Shown piece by piece: positions 12,560-13,834 of a stretch of 13,834 nucleotides of DNA. Each line of letters opens with the position of its first letter. Position 1 is the stretch's first letter. A program made the translations under genes and the position numbers. Source of the DNA: Clostridia bacterium (GTDB taxonomy: Bacteria; Bacillota; Clostridia; TANB77; RGIG9151); NCBI GenBank assembly GCA_016287855.1, contig JAEEXS010000038.1:1-13834 (forward strand), written 5' to 3'. The notes beneath the pieces are model-generated. The model saw only the letters and a program-made list of their open reading frames with translations. It was not told the origin of the DNA and made no database searches.

Positions 12560-13834
12560 CTATTTTTTAGCCAATTCAGCGTGTATCAATTTCATTTCTT
12601 CCTGTCTTTTTACCTTCTTAGTAGTAGTCTTTATCAACTCATCATAAGTAGTAATAAGTTTTTGAATATGCTTATATCTAGGGAAAGTAGTATTAATTTC
12701 TCTAATTTTATCCCACAATATTTTTTCTAGTTCTTCATCAGTTTTATCGGCATATTTTTCTTTTATAATCTCTTTATCAAAAACTGCTTTTACTGAAACA
12801 ATTATATCATTATCTTTCTTATCTTCAAGTCCAAACACCATACATTCTTGGACTAAATCAATTCTATTTACTATTGTTTCTATTTCTTCAGGGAATACCT
12901 TTTTACCATTTCTAAGAACTAGCATATTTTTTATTCTTCCGGTTAAAAATAACATCCCATCTTTATCAAAATAACCTAAATCTCCAGTATAAAACCAACC
13001 ATCTTTTAAGACTTCGGCTGTTAATTCTGGCATTTCATAATACCCAAGCATTATATTAGGACCTTTTACTCTTACTTCTCCTATGCCCTTCTCATCTTTA
13101 TCTACAATTTCAATTGTATCGTTTATCATAGGGAAACCTACTGAACCCTTTTTCATAGCCTTAAAGTTTTCACCCGCAATTACAGGAGAAGTTTCACTTA
13201 AACCATATCCTTGAACTGTTGTAATACCCAAATCAGTAAAGCCTTTTAGATATAAAGGATCTGCTGCTGCGCCTCCAGAAACAATCATCCGTAATTCGCC
13301 ACCTAAGGCATCCAGTATAGGCTTAAATAGCTTTCTTCTAATATCTATATGAAATTTTAATAAACAATTACTAATCTTAATTGCATTTTTTATCGTCTTG
13401 CTCTTACCTTGTTTATCTATTTCTCTCATTATTGCTTTATATATAGATTCTAGTAATATAGGCACACCAACAAAAACAGTAACTTTATACTCCTTTAAGT
13501 TCTGTTTAATATATCTTAAACCGTCTGGGAACGTATTTCTTACACCATCTGCAAGCATCAAAGCCATACATGTTGAGCCAAATATATGATGAAGTGGTAA
13601 AAATGCAATATTGGTATCTGTTGGTCTAATATCTTCCGTGCACTGAAGTGCATAGATATTAGAAGCTATATTCTTTTGAGAAAGCATTACTGCTTTTGCT
13701 TGTGAAGTAGTTCCAGAGGTAAATAATAAGATATTCATAGCATGTTCATCTATTTTATAATCCACATATTCATTCTTTCCAGCTTTTAACTTAGTTCTTC
13801 CGGCTTCGGTCAATTCTTTAATATTTTTATATCC
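12560..13834 (-). CDS. AMP-forming long-chain acyl-CoA synthetase (COG1022-like). The N-terminus lies beyond the right window edge.
   Basis: The motifs are FTSGTTSQAKAV, GYGLSETSP and WFYTGDLG...TGRIKNMLVLRNGKKVFPEEIE. The track's start at 13813 is a TTG. The frame stays open through 13834 (..GYKNIKELTEAG..), and the ~140 N-terminal residues typical of this family are missing. Confidence 0.9.
   Translation of the reverse strand, partial: GYKNIKELTEAGRTKLKAGKNEYVDYKIDEHAMNILLFTSGTTSQAKAVMLSQKNIASNIYALQCTEDIRPTDTNIAFLPLHHIFGSTCMALMLADGVRNTFPDGLRYIKQNLKEYKVTVFVGVPILLESIYKAIMREIDKQGKSKTIKNAIKISNCLLKFHIDIRRKLFKPILDALGGELRMIVSGGAAADPLYLKGFTDLGITTVQGYGLSETSPVIAGENFKAMKKGSVGFPMINDTIEIVDKDEKGIGEVRVKGPNIMLGYYEMPELTAEVLKDGWFYTGDLGYFDKDGMLFLTGRIKNMLVLRNGKKVFPEEIETIVNRIDLVQECMVFGLEDKKDNDIIVSVKAVFDKEIIKEKYADKTDEELEKILWDKIREINTTFPRYKHIQKLITTYDELIKTTTKKVKRQEEMKLIHAELAKK

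Noticed and set aside
1542-13589. All remaining + strand track ORFs: 1542..1751, 1780..2145, 4788..5027, 6597..6842, 6800..6994, 6998..7231, 8288..8470, 8973..9239, 9402..9638, 9960..10163, 10867..11073, 12123..12407, 12515..12730 and 13398..13589.
   Set aside because: These lie antisense to, or in intergenic AT-rich DNA next to, well-supported minus-strand genes. They are rich in Ile/Phe/Leu/Ser/Lys as expected from AT-rich noise. None has an SD or any recognisable motif.

Overview
The window has two parts. Positions ~2200-13834 are AT-rich (hand counts on 60-nt samples give ~27-38% GC). This part is a Clostridia-like backbone, entirely minus-strand, and looks like ordinary housekeeping and cell-envelope genes. 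Reading 5'->3' on the minus strand it contains: a partial COG1022-type acyl-CoA synthetase, rpiB, a tagO/wecA-family transferase, mnaA/wecB, a stand-alone SpoIIGA-family peptidase, a second acyl-CoA synthetase with its own consensus promoter and a palindromic operator, and a heterodimeric ABC exporter pair co-transcribed with a YitT-family membrane protein. A 23-codon ORF on the + strand, absent from the ORF track, sits between the ABC operon and the acyl-CoA synthetase.

Positions 1-2200 are the accessory part and the most interesting. They hold two tandem minus-strand cassettes, each with a look-alike terminator hairpin, an extended -10 promoter, a ~125-nt homologous structured leader and a Cys-rich exported protein. 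The two proteins are homologous, but the coding sequences differ sharply in composition. The leftmost CDS (2..1201) is ~57-63% GC. It is missing from the supplied ORF track because it runs off the window edge. It also contains two near-perfect in-frame tandem repeat arrays. Its neighbour (1488..1931) is ~41% GC, and both leaders are ~33% GC.

I see no recognisable defence system, toxin, CRISPR array, transposase, integrase, tRNA or rRNA. All family calls come from motif recognition by eye; no searches were run.
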